The translations under genes were made by a program, and so were the position numbers. Positions 37,810 to 51,009 of a stretch of 64,000 nt of DNA are shown here, one piece after another. Numbering within the stretch: the stretch's first letter is position 1; each line of letters opens with the position of its first letter. The notes under the pieces were generated by a model that saw nothing but the letters and a program-made list of their open reading frames with translations, was not told where the DNA came from and made no database searches. This DNA is from Lama guanicoe (taxonomy: Eukaryota), in assembly GCA_013239625.1 (NCBI GenBank), contig MU053472.1:2515822-2579821 (forward strand), written 5' to 3'.

Positions 37810-40129
37810 TGTTCAGCTTTTACCTTACTGAAATGCCTACAGGTTGATCTGGGAATAGAGACAACAGTGCTGATGGACTCTTGAGGCCAAGAGGAATTCA
37901 ATCAAAATGTTCAGCACAAAGAGGACAGAGGGCCAGAGGAGGACTCCTGGGCTCAGAGCCAAAATCTCAGACTAAACTTCAGTTTGACTATGAAAGCCTA
38001 TGAATCTATTGTGTTTACCAGTGAAAAGCCTCGAAACAGACAATTCCCAGATTATTAGCTTATTTGTTGGTCAGTTGTCTGGAACTGGGAACAAGTTTTC
38101 CTATGGAAACAATATTACAAATTGTGGCTCTGCCCTCAAGGCCAGGCACAAAAGTTTACGGAACCCTAATGTACCTAAATACTGCATTAATACTACTAAA
38201 GACCCTGACCACTATTTATAACAGTATTTCTGTGGGAAAGAGCATTTAGAGTTTTAGTGCCAGTAACACATATTCCTCAGCCCTGGGAGTCCTCTGGACT
38301 CTTGACCTTATTCCCACAGTGCTGATTCTTATCAGAATGTCCCCATACGTGGTGGTGGGCAGACTAGTTGCTTTCAGTTGCTACAGGATTCAAGCTGGAG
38401 TTTCAAGCAATTCATCTCCACTAAAATGATCCCAACTCCCACCACATATCCTGGCCAATGATCTAAGCTGAGCTTCCCAAACACAAAATGGAGCCTCTTA
38501 TTTGTACATGCCTTGCACACCCTATCATACGCAGACACTTAAACTCTGTCACATTAGGGACCTCATTTGCATTTCTCTGGGACACCAGGAGTCCTCATTT
38601 CATGAGAGAAATGGTAGGGGAGACTTTGGGACACTGAGTGGAGGGGTAGGGTGGGTGGATAAGCCTGGGAGAACCTTTGAATAGGGACTAGCAGGCTGAA
38701 GAAAAGAATTCACCCTGACGTTGGTTAGAGTAAGATGAAGAGTGCTTCGGGTTAGGATCCTGACGGTTCTGGCAGGGAGAAGTATTCCTGAGGGTGCTAC
38801 AGAGGAGTGCACTCAAATACTCTCACTTGCGGAGCTCACTCGGAGAACTGAAACCTGAAGGATCCACATGGCATTCTGGGGGCGTAAAAACAGAACTATC
38901 AATTCTCTGTAGGCAAAATGTCTCGCCTACTGGCTATAGAAGTTATAACTGTAGGAAACCTTTTCATGACATCCAAAGTCCCAGCTGCAGTGGTGGAGGA
39001 CAATGACAGGCGGTGGTCCTGGTGACCAGGAGGAGTGGTGAGAATTCAAAGCCGACTCTAGGAGAGCTGCAGAAGCACTGAAGGACAGCAGGTCCCTGGG
39101 ACACTCAGGACGAGAGGAACCGTGGACAGCTGGGGCTTAGCGCCCTGGTATCACACAGGCTTATTCTGGGAACAGCTCTCTGACTGGGAAACTATCTTGC
39201 CGCCGTGTGTATAGTCTTGGTGGGACTATAAATCAGACTGCCTTGTTCTCCCACGCTCAAGGAGCTAGGCAAACAGGCTCTCCGGGGACATGAATCTTGA
39301 ATGATGTGACCTAGACACTGAAAATCTGGTTGGCGCCCATTGTCCCAGCAGCTGTACCCTCAGACTGTCAAGGGCTTCCTGCCACCTACACCTCTAGAGA
39401 TGTCCTGGCTCCTGTCCTTCTCTAGGAGGATTCTCCTGCTTTCCCATTAGTTCTGTCGGCTTCCCACTATCCTTCTAAAACATTAATTTCCTACTCATGT
39501 TTTCCAGAGTCTGTTTCCCTTGTGTACAACTGACGAACTGTAGCTAATACAGACCCTAATGGCAGAATGTTGATAAATTAGGGCAAACGGCTACTACAAC
39601 CTGTAAAGCAACTTGAAGCATAAATCTACTGAAGGAATAGTTATAGCATGTCATCCCCGCATACAAAAATGGTCATTCATATCATTGAGACATAATGGGT
39701 TCTACCTCTACTTCAGAAAGCCCAGGTGGGTGGGTAGAGGGAAGGCTAACATAAACATTGCCCTAGGAGCAGGTTCCCAATTACGAGCCCTGCACTATGC
39801 TATGTACTATGATGACATAATAATGACAATGGTTGTATTCAATAGTAACCATGGTTCTGTCTCATATATTTATAGATATAAATATATTTATTTATAGTAA
39901 TAGAAAGATTTTTAGGAAAACAGGCAAATTGCAAAGGCATTCCTTTGTCATCGTTTAAAAGGACTGAATTAAGATTCAATGTTAGACTGAAAATAAATGA
40001 GACAAATGTGTCCGGAAGCGTGTCTGTTAATTAAACCAAACAATTGGCCAAATAAAGTGACATATGTTTCAAGTTAACTAGTTGACATTTTCTGTTTGCT
40101 CCACAATTAGCAGGCAGGGCGGCTGGGCT

Positions 40130-41960
40130 TGTCGGAGAAAAGGAAGGCTACTTTATTTACTGACGCCTGGTCCAACCCCACCAGATAGTCTGCAGGACCT
40201 CAGCCGTGGGGTAGCCTGGTTCTTAGGCTCAGGAAGGGACGTTTCACATACCAGGGGAGCACAGGTTTGTGAGTTCCAGTCTTCAGTGATGGCCTCAAGG
40301 GGGTCAGGCAGCTTTCTCTGGTCTAGCTGGTCTTTCTCCCACCTGATATGAGGCCACTGCAGTATCGATAGAAATTGAGAACATTCAATGTATGTGTTGC
40401 CCGTGGATTTCTGTCTCTGAATGGAGGCCCATGACCCCACCACGTCCTGGAAGACCCACTCCCTCTTCTCATTGTCAGGTTTCTGCCACCGTTACAGCTT
40501 GTGCCTCTCCTTACCCTAGCCCCCAGCCAAACTCTATCTCACCCATGATCTCGGTTTCCAGAACTATGGTTGAGCATGAGAACTTCAGGGAAATGCTTTT
40601 GGACACAGATGTATAGGAGCCTCTCTACTGCACAAGTGGGACCATTCAACAGCTCTCATGTCCTGTGACACTCCTTCATGCATATTCTTTTCAGAGTTAG
40701 AGTCAGAGACCTCCAGCGGGTGTCACTGACCGCCTCCCTTTTGTGACAGTTTTATCACTCTCTTCCTCTCCTTCATCTCAGTCCCAGTGCCCTTTGCAGT
40801 ACATAGAGAATTCTGCCTCTTATAGAACAACTACAACTTCTACAAGTCCTCTATCTGAGCTCACTGTCTATTTCTACTGATCTCTGACTTCCAGCACAGG
40901 TCTTTACAAAATGAAGACTTTAAGAAGCCTGCACCTTCTCTGCAATTTTTCATTGGAAGGAAAATGAAAGAAAGATTGCTTACGATTGAGTAAGTCTAAA
41001 TACGTGGCACTGCCGTGTTGCCTATGCACTGCCTCAGTCATTTAACAAACAGCAACTTGTATGACTTCCTGGAGGTCATGCTCTATCAGCACAATCTCGT
41101 GAGATACTTCCCCAATCTGACATGAGCCCACAAACCAGGTTCTTTGACCATGAGCAGTAGCACCACTCCAGATCAGCTCCAAGAACTGTTAGAGATCCTC
41201 ATGGACTTCTACATAGTGGCCTTGTACTTTCTACTCGGCCAGGCTTATCAAAGGCATTGAGTTATTCCTGGAATTCTCACAGGCCTCTGCCTTTCCTGGA
41301 CCAAAATTAACCTTCTCAAAAGGAGGAGACAGTTTCTCTCAGATCCAGAGTTAGATAAAACATTCCAGCTGTTGAAGACTTGCATATCCCCTTCCCAACT
41401 TTGACTTACCTTCATCCAAACAGTTCTACACCATTGAAACCAATGCCTTTAACAGTGCAGTAGGGCCACGTTGCCCAAATATTAGGAAGTCATGGCCTGG
41501 CAACAATCAGTCTATGTGGAGGAAGCTGGCCTAGTTGATATCAACCACCTGACTTGAGAATGGGAATCATTTATCGTCACTGCTACCTTAGAAGTTTGAA
41601 AGCATCAAACTAGATACAGGTATCCAGTATCTTGTGACAATGTGCTTGGACCACTAGAGCCTGGAGCAGCTGAGACAGACCTCGTGAGCCCCTTTCTTTG
41701 AGTGTTTTGATTTTACTATCTCTTACAAACTAGGGAGTGAAATGGCCAGGTGGGTTCCTTATTGCAAAGTACCAGGGAGTAGAGAAAACATCTCTACTCT
41801 TGGAAATCCTCCTGTGCTTACAACTAACAGAGGCAATCCAGTGTCTGATGTTCATAGGCACCTAGGATAGAACTAGTCACCCAGGAGTAAGCCAAGACCC
41901 TGAACACCATGAAATCCCTTCACCAAGATCAGTGGCTGTATTTCACAAGAATAGAGCCTG
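40130..41960 (+). mobile_element. Decayed sushi-like Ty3/Gypsy gag-pol (knuckle, protease, RT, RNase H, linker), copy A
   Basis: ASRGSGSFL 40292-40318 (cf. DSGASGNFI), EAHDPTTSWKT 40424-40456, AQVFTK 40894-40911, KYVALPCCLCTASVI 40998-41042, YQHN at the YxDD position 41084-41095, IKGIELFLEFS 41247-41279, TIETNAFNSAVG 41430-41465, DH*SLEQL from 41649, FFECFDFTISYKLGSE 41694-41741. Confidence 0.85.
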
Positions 41961-41999
41961 TCATAAACACTTTGCCTTAATATACAGTACACGCATTCT

Positions 42000-42960
42000 C
42001 ACCGTAACTACACTTCAAAAGGAAATCCTACTAATTTAAAGTTTTAAATATAAGAAGATAAAAATCTTAAAATACTGAAAGAAAATGTGATAGGATAAAA
42101 AGATAAGAAGATTCACCTTATCTCAGAGATAAGGAAAAACTTTATAACCATTAAATTAATAGATGAAATGCCAAATTAATGAATAAACTGAATTACATAA
42201 AAGAAATATCTTCTATAGCCAAAATATTATAATAAAAATAAATGCCAATAGTTAATATGAAAAAAAGGTTAATATACTTTAAAATCTTTATAATGTTGTA
42301 TTTAAATAAATGTATAAAGAAAACACTGGGATCCAAATTTAGAAGAATAGGTAAAAGATATAAACAGACAATTCATAACAAATGAAACACAAATGACTAA
42401 AAAATATGAAAAAAAACCTACAGCTTTGTTAGTATTATTGATCAAAGATCACATTACTTAAGTAGGTAACATTTGATGCTATGAGAATACAAATAAATAT
42501 GTAGATTTGGCCAAACTTCTGTAAAACAATTTGACCGTATATACCAAGAGTCTTAACACGCTCAGGCTCTTTGACTCAGTAACTCTATTTTCCAGAATAG
42601 CTTCTAAGGAAATAATTAGAAATGTGAACACAGTATCATGCACAAAAGATATTTATCATAGTATAATTTATAATTGGAAACAACCTAAATGTTCAATAGC
42701 AGTGAAAGTGTTAAAGTAATTTATGGTCCCTCCACATGAAATCCATGTCTCCCATATGCAGTCATTAAAAATAACTTCATTACATTGATACTTATAAAAT
42801 GATGATAGGTGTAGAAGACAGAATACCAAATTGAATATACTCACAAACTATACATTTAAAATAAGACTAAAGATCAATTTAAATTGCGGGAATATAAATC
42901 ATTTTTTGTTTTAGTTATACTTTTTAATATTCTCCATACTTTTGAAACCCAATAAATGTA
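42000..42960 (+). mobile_element. Old L1 ORF2 end and 3'UTR, degraded
   Basis: aaagatataaacagacaattca...tttgactcagtaactctatttt...ggaaacaacctaaatgttcaatag. Confidence 0.7.
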
Positions 42961-45900
42961 TTTTAAATTACCTCTGGACTTCTGATGAGTAGAGCTTCAT
43001 TTGTTTTTCTGTAACTTTATTCTATAATGAATTTTCTGACAGTGCAGAAAGAAGAGCAGTTTAGATTATAACTGGCAAATCCATTTTATCCATCAGATAA
43101 TTATACATTAAATAAATTTGTGTTTTAGTATCTATTATCTTGGACCATGACTGAATTAATTAGTAGAGTTTACTTTAAGGCTGAAATAATCATTCTAACA
43201 GTGTAGCCTGAACTAGTTTGATAGTTTGGGCAGATCCCACCCAGACAGCAGCCTAGATGCTCTGTCACAGCTCCTGCCCTCTGTCGACTTTGCCTTAGGT
43301 CATATTTCTAGCCTCCCTTTGTGTCTTGGTCTTGGCTTTGGCTTGCTTTCTGTGTAGGTTCTTCAACACAGATCTGATTCTTAATCTCTCCCAGCCCTCT
43401 TGCCTTGATGTTTTAGCAGTTCCCTGCTTTTCCAGCCTGGTCTCTGGGAGACTTGGTTGTTTGAGACTTCAAGTCAGATCAAGCCCATCCAGAGATTTTC
43501 TGAGGCTCTGGGTTTTCTTGTCCCACGTTTCCCGGGTCCCCAGCTGACATGGTACCTCCAATAAGCCAGTAAGACACACACTTCTTTATCGGCCCTCTTT
43601 CCTTCTCTCAGCTTTTCTCTATGAACAATCTCCTAGGGCAGTCAAGTTGCCTGGGCCAGTTCCCCATCCTGACCATCTGGCACCCTCCAGTGGTCATGGG
43701 TGGCTGTGCCCTGGCTAGCAGTGACTTTCAGAGCTAGATCCTACTTGAGAATCCCCAGGCCTGTTAGGGCCCTCCAGTGACACTTAAAAGGAGCAGCTGT
43801 CGGAATCTACTATCAGATCTTGGCAAACCTTACTTCTGCCTAGCCCCTTGTGATTCAACCTCCTGTAACTTGCTGATGGAGAAATTCACCAAAGGCCCTG
43901 CCTTCCTTTCTCCTGTAAATGTATTTGTATCAAGAGATACTAAGATACACATTCTCAAAGGAAAAACCTTTTCTGGTTTTGCATTTGGCAGGGAAGTAAT
44001 AATAAGTACTAACGTAATTGAGCTCCAGATGTCGAGCTAAATGCTTTACATACATTATCACATATAATCTTCACAACAACGCTGGGAGGTAGGCACCTAT
44101 TTTTAATCTCCATTTTACAGAAGAGGAAACAGAGGCTCAGAGAGGTTACTCAGAAGTCAAGGTTAAGCTTAAAGGTCAAGATCTCCCTGATGGCTAACTA
44201 TGGATTCAAAACCACCCCTCCTGACTTGGGGCCCATGCTTCCTAAGAACTAAACCATACAGCTCTGTAGAAAACTGGGAAGCTCAGAGGCCATGTTTTCT
44301 ATCATGTAGAGAACATTAGTCTGCAGCAAGAAGAAGGAATAAAAAAGAGGGAGAGAAGCAGAGACAAAAGGTAGGGTTAGAGTTCTAACAGAACTTGAGT
44401 CCTTGGTTCCAGTTGTTTCTGAGGCCCAGGAGCATCCTTGTCTTTCTCCAGACTCGGTTGTTTCATCACAGTCTTCAGTTCTTCCAATAAACTCCTCCCT
44501 TTAGGTCAGTTTGATATGGCTTTCTGCCACTTGCAATGCAAGAGTCCTACTAAAACACGAAGTCAGTCAGGTACTCTTGAAGACAGTCCGGGTGTTAACA
44601 CCCACAGCAGCATTAGAATAGTGATGAATTGTCTGATCCATACTGGGCTCTTTTTGTTGCAAGAAACGGAGATGGAGCCAAGCTACTAGAGATAAGTTAC
44701 TCTTCACTTAGACACAAGTCAAAGGGAGGGTTTACACAAAAAACATATATGTGCACTAAAACCTAAGTAAACGGATCCACAAGACCTCAGGAAGAAGTGA
44801 AACTGCAGCAGTAGCACTAAGTAACAGCTACTGAATCATCTCTCTCGGGGCTTTCCGACCTCTCAGCGAATCAGCACCACTCTCTCTCTGGACCAGCCTT
44901 CTTAGCGAATGCATCTTGTACCTGGCTACAAAAGTGGCCGCCCTAGCTACTTTTATGGCCTTCCAGTTTCAGTATATACCAAAATTCCCTTTGTGTCTCT
45001 TATTGTAGGTTCCTAAAGAGAGAAGATTTGACTTCTTCTGCTTTTCTTTTTAAACCAAGTTCATGGAGTATACATCATTGGATATGGTTTATGGCCACTC
45101 CCTTGGACCAGGTGTCCAGTTAGGTGTGGTCATGGCCATGTGGCCCACTGACCACTCAGTAAGGTCAGTGGGCAGGGATTTTATTAGAAAGGGACGTGAG
45201 CAGGCCAGTAATAACTGGCATCTCTAATCAAGCCTACTTAAATGCAATTTGAACTCTTGCCAATAACAAAAAATTAAACATGTTGCAAACATGGGCAACC
45301 CATTTCCCAAAGACCCTCTTTAATTATCTCAAGCTGGCAAGAGAGTTCACCTTCTGGTGCTTTCAGGCTTGTGGTCTATCCTCTACCTCAAAGTGCACTT
45401 TCTTCACATTCCCAGTCCTGTTTGCACCTACCCTAAACACTCTGCAGTGAGCTAGACAACTCCACTCACTTGGGAGTCTATTAATTTTTTCCCTCCCCTT
45501 AACCACACTGAGACTTTGCTTAGTAAAGCATTTTGAAGATTTAGAAAGTGACTGCTCAGTCTGCTTAGGATTTATATCCCAGACAGATGTGCCAAGAAGT
45601 CATAGGAATCAAACTGCAGTTCTGTGAGTAGAATAATATATTAACTTGCCTTTTAGTAGTTTCGATTACACAGCTGTACAAATTGCAATGGAGTGTTCAC
45701 AGCTTAAGCTGCTTTTATCAAAAACACATCACTTCTTCAGGGTGGAAGTTTTAACACAGCAGGCATCTTGATGGGCATGCATCCTTGCAAAACACTTGTC
45801 ATTACTTGAGAGAAAATCATCCAGGAAATTGAGAGATGGCAGTACTTAATTTACCTTGAGGAATCCTCTACCCTTTTAACAACTGAACTGGATCGTTTCA

Positions 45901-45982
45901 TGACTAAAATAAGGAGCTCCTAATTAATGGTTCCATCATCTTATACTTTTAGTCTCTCTGAGCCTCAGTTTCCTCAAATTTT

Positions 45983-46640
45983 TTTGTTTTCATATCCTTT
46001 TTCATTAAAGGTTATTACAAGATACATATATAGTTCCCTGTGCTATACAGAAGAAACTTTTTTAAAAATCCATTTTTACATACAGTGGCTAAAATTTGAA
46101 ATCTCTAACTCCCAAATGTATCCCTTCCCACCCTCTTTCTCCAGTAACCATAAGATTGTTTACTATGTGAATCTGTTTCTGTTTTGTAGATGAGTTCATC
46201 ATGTCCTTTTTCTCTTTTCTTTTCTTTTTTTTTTTTTTTAAGATTTCACATATGAGTGGTATCGTACAGTATTTTTCTTTCTCTTTCTGGCTTACGTCAC
46301 TTAGAATGACAGTCTGCAGGTCCATACATGTTGCTGCAAATGACATTATTTTGTTCTTTTTATGGCAGAGTATTATTACATTGTATAAATATACCACAAC
46401 TTCTTTATCTATTGATAGACATTTAGGTTGCTTCCATGTCTTGACTATTGTATACAGTGCTGCTATGAACATTGGGGTGCATGTATCTTTTTGAATTAGT
46501 GTTCCCTCCAGATAAATACCCAGAAGTGGGATTGCTGGATCCTATGGTAAGTCTATTTTTAGTTTTTTGAGGAATCTCCATATTGTTTTCCATAATGACT
46601 GCACCAAACTACATTCCCCCAGCAGAGTAGGAGGGTTCCC
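45983..46640 (-). mobile_element. Young L1 fragment, 5'- and 3'-truncated, inserted in a MIR
   Basis: Highly similar to the L1 at 56606-57633. TSD tcctcaaatttt (45971-45982) / tcctcaattgtt (46641-46652). MIR core split on either side. Confidence 0.85.
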
Positions 46641-47499
46641 TCCTCAATTGTTAAACTATGATATGAGTACTCATCTTGTTGGGTTGTTTTAAGTAGCCAA
46701 TGAGAGCTTTATAAAGAGCTTAGCAAACTGCCAAACATAGTAAGTGCTCAATAAATGTTAGTTACTATAATTATCATTATATTTTGTTTCTCACCTCAAC
46801 TACTTTTCAAGGTTTTTTATTAGAACACTTTCTCATTTTATTCTTACAACTTGTGGGCAGGTATGGTGGTAAATGTATCCCCATTTTATAGGACAACAAA
46901 TGGAAACAGAGAAGCTAAATACTTTATCCAGGGTTAGTGATTTTCCAGAGGTAACACAGGCAATAATTCACATCTCTGATTTCCAATTGAGTGTTCCTTC
47001 CTCACAGAACTTAAGTTCTGTGACAGGGACTTTAGTAAATGGAGAAGCTTAACATTATACTAATAGAAGAATCCTCCACAGCTTTCACCCAAGAATTGCT
47101 ACTAGCTAGAAATGTTGTGTGTTCTATTTCTGGCAACCTGGAAAGCTAGGTAACCTGAAGGGCCATTAGCTATGAGACAATTAAATCCTGCTGTGAACCA
47201 AAACTATAAGGCATTTTAAAGTTTTTCTGGGGTTTCATGAAAGGGATCAAAAAGAAAAAAAAAAAAGTGAGCCAAACAAGAACAGAGAGCAACAAGCGAA
47301 CATAAAAGCTAGAGTTGCCATGGGCAAATGACAGTACCCGCCCAGGACAAAGCACACCTGCATCTGGGAATTACACCTGAGATGCCTGCTTTGAGCCTGG
47401 TTCTGCAAGAGGAGCTTCAGACATCTCTGATCAGTTGTATCCCAGGCCACTTCACAGAATCAAAGGCAAGTACTCCCTGGAGGAAAGCCACTCCCAATT

Positions 47500-48230
47500 T
47501 GGGTCCTTGGATTTCCATAAATTAAATTCTATAAAATATGAGCTCACAATTTAAAAAAAAATCTCCAATATATAAGCCACCATGAGTTAGAATCAACAGA
47601 AACAACAATGAATTTATAAAAACTGAAGAACTGGAACTGGAATTGTCATTTACAGATTACTAAAAAAACCTTTTATTAACCATTTAAAGAAATCAAATAC
47701 GGAGTGAAATAGATTAAGAAATAAGAAACTGTCAAAATGATGAGAAAGATTAGTAAAAGAACCAACTGGAACTTTCTGGCCAATAGATACAGATACAAAT
47801 TTTGAAATTAACAACTCAGTGAATGTGTTAAAACCAGAATAAAAACAGCCAAAGACAGGATTAATAACCTGGAAACTGTATCAGAGGAAATTATCTATAC
47901 AGAGGGTATAGGAGATGGAGAATATGAAAGAGTGGTTAAAAGACATGGAGGATAGAACAAGGTTCAACATATATCTAATCTAAGTTCTAGGAGGAAAGAA
48001 TTGAGAGAATAGGAGGAAGGCAATATTGAAAAACATAATGGTCAAGAATTTTCCTGAACTGATTGAAATCAATTGGTAAAACACAGAATATATCAAGCAT
48101 GATAAATAGAGAACTCCACACCTAGTCGAAATGGTGCAACGTCAAAAGTGAAGACCTTAAAAATCCCAGAGAAAAAAAGCCAGGGCACCTACAGGGAACA
48201 AACAATACACCATCACACTTTTTTTTTTTA
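47500..48230 (+). mobile_element. Degraded L1 ORF1-like / HAL1-like sequence
   Basis: aagaaccaactggaactt...aagacatggaggataga...gagaataggaggaaggcaatatt...gaattttcctgaactga. Confidence 0.65.
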
Positions 48231-48621
48231 AAAGGAACTCTAACAATAACTTATTGGTGCTCACAAAAACTCTATGTAGTAATTACTATTATTATTTATA
48301 CTTTAAGGTAATAAAACTCTGGCTGAGAGGGAAAACCCAAGGTCATTCAGATATACAGCAACAAGGATGTAGCTTAGAAACACAAGAATGAGTGGAAAAA
48401 GTAGGTCATAAAACACTGTTTCAGCCATATGCAACAACATATGAATCTTAGAACATAATCTTTGGATGAATCTTAGAAACATAAAACTGGGTGAAAAAAG
48501 CAGGTGGCAGAAAACGACATGCAGAATATCATTTTTATAAAGTTCACAAACAAAATTAAATAAGACATTGCTTAGAAATACATACACATGATCAAATTAT
48601 TTTTTAAAAGCAAGAGAATGA

Positions 48622-48998
48622 TTGCTATAGTCTGAATGATTATGTTCCTCCAAAATTCCTATGTTGAAACCCAGTGCCCAACGTGGCAGTATTAGGAGGT
48701 AGTCTTTGGGAGGTGATTAGGTCACAAGGGCAGAGCTCTCACGAATGGGATTAGTGTCATTTGAAAAGAAGCCTAACAGGGCTCCCTAGCCGCTTCCACC
48801 ATGTGAGGTTACTGTGAAGAGATGGCTATGTATGAACTGGGAAGTCAGTTTTCACCGGACATGGAAACTGACCATGCTGGCCATGGGGGTACCCTGAATT
48901 TGAACTTCCAGCCTCCAGCCTTCCAGAAATAAATTTCTGTCGCTTATAAGCCATCCAGTCTGCAGTATTTTGGTACAGCCAGCTGAGACAGACTAAGG
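48622..48998 (+). mobile_element. MLT1A/MST-like MaLR solo LTR nested in an old L1 3' end
   Basis: tgctatagtctgaatg...ccaaaattcctatgttgaaaccc...gaaataaatttctgt...gactaag. Confidence 0.8.
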
Positions 48999-51009
48999 CA
49001 GGAAAATACACAACATTCAGGGTAGTGGTTACCTCTTGGGAGGCAGAGCAGAAGAGTTAAGACAGGGAGAAGCGTATGTTGCAAGCATCGGGTAATGTTC
49101 TAGTTCCAGTCTGGGTGGTTGGTAACAGGCACTCATTTTATCATTATTTGTGCATGTCACTTCTATTCTTTTGTATGGCACCGAATTTTACGTAATAAAA
49201 ATAAAACAAATTGCCAAACGACTTATTTTTAACTGGATTTTTACAATGTAGATTTAAAAGCCACTGGTTAATCCTTCTGACTGATGGCTGAGGAATATAA
49301 TTAGCCTCTAGAGCTTAACTGCCAAATTCTTGTAGTGAATCTCAAAAAGGCTTCCTACATAATTAGTGGAAGACAATGATGGAAGTCATTCCTGGCTTGG
49401 GATTTTAAATTCCCGGCCTTGTATGTTCTCTCCAAATGGAATAGTCTATTTACACAGCTCTAATAGGAGGTGTGCTATTCACATCATTTGTGTGGGTATC
49501 TTTAACCTTGTATTCCAGATGGTAAAGAAAATTTCCTATATAAGAAAATATGTTTATAGGATAACTATATTAGAAAAAACTAGTTTCATTTTGTGTTTAA
49601 TGTCATATAATTAAGTTGTTAACAAATGAAAAAATTTAAGTCTTTTTTTGGTAGTAGAATTATAAAACAAATTCACTTTCTCATATCAAAAATTTTATGA
49701 ACCAATTTGCTCAATTTTAAAGTAAACAAATACACCTGGGCTTCCATTACAGCAAGAGAGGTTTTACTCCATAAACTCAATATAGATGTATTTGTGCTGA
49801 ACTAAATTTACATATTAATCAAGTTCTAATTGCTTTTTTTAGCCAATTTTATGCAAATATATTTACTGCTATTTAAACATGTTTCAGAATGTTTGGAAAG
49901 TGCCCAAGCCAAATTCACTAATTAACAATTAGAAAACAAAATCAAAACTGTGTGATATTTTCATATTATATCTTAAGAGAACTCTTTGAAACGATATTGA
50001 TGGTATTGTCTTATTTTTCAATCCTTATATAAATTCAAAATCCCTAGATCAGTTTAAAATGATTTCTCCTATTCTCTATACTTCCTGCATACCATAATAG
50101 TTAATTTTTTTAATAGTTTATGATTATCATTAAAGTATCTTTGAGTTGGATGAATTACTGGCATCACCATTGAGATTTACTTGCGTTGTATGGGTGTGTG
50201 TGTTTAATGCAATAATAGAGGTCTACACTATCCTTCCCTAATCGAAGTCCATAAACTTGATCTTCCTTCAAGAATTTCACCAAAAAAAATCTCAACATCT
50301 CACACTCTTTTAGTACAGGAGAATGTTTAGTAGACATAATACATGCAGTCTCCCTTCATGAAAAATGAAGCTTAATTTGTTTTCCTAAGGGTAAACCAGC
50401 TTAGTGGTTCATTAGGCTTAATGCGTTATGAATTGAAAGATATGATTTAAAAGATTTCTGTATAATTCTTCACTCCTTTGATTAGCAATACAATTGGAAA
50501 TGACCACTATAATTTCCTGGAAAAGTAAAAAGGACCTTCCCGTAAGTAATTAAGATAAACTCTCAAGATGCCCTACTGAATCTACACTTACTAATAGGCT
50601 AGGTCTCAAACTCTCCTTGTATAGTTTGTTTAGTTTTTAAATGTGATGTTCCCTGGTTTAAATACGTTTGTGAACACGGAGTAGACTTTGACATTTGCAA
50701 GGCATTTGTCCAGAGGTCTCTACGATTCCCCAAATTTAAAACAATCAAATAAAACAACAGCAACAACAACAAAAGTTAAAACTCTATAGCATAAAACTTG
50801 TTCCATGGAGAGAAAAATCAGGTTGCGCAGAGAGAAGATTATTACACCTATACGCAATGCCACTTGCTTCCTGAAACCTGGCTGCCTTCCAGCTTGAGAT
50901 AACGCTTTATCCATATAATAAATTCCCTTTTTTAGCTGTAAGCTACTTCAAGTTCATTTCTGTTACCTTCATCCAGAGTCCTGATATAGATATTTATGTT
51001 ACTTGGTTT

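Noticed and set aside
38547..39153. TGTCAC...ATCACA bounded segment as a Gypsy LTR
   Set aside because: No TSD, no second copy and no PBS or PPT seen; overlaps the gag-like reading.
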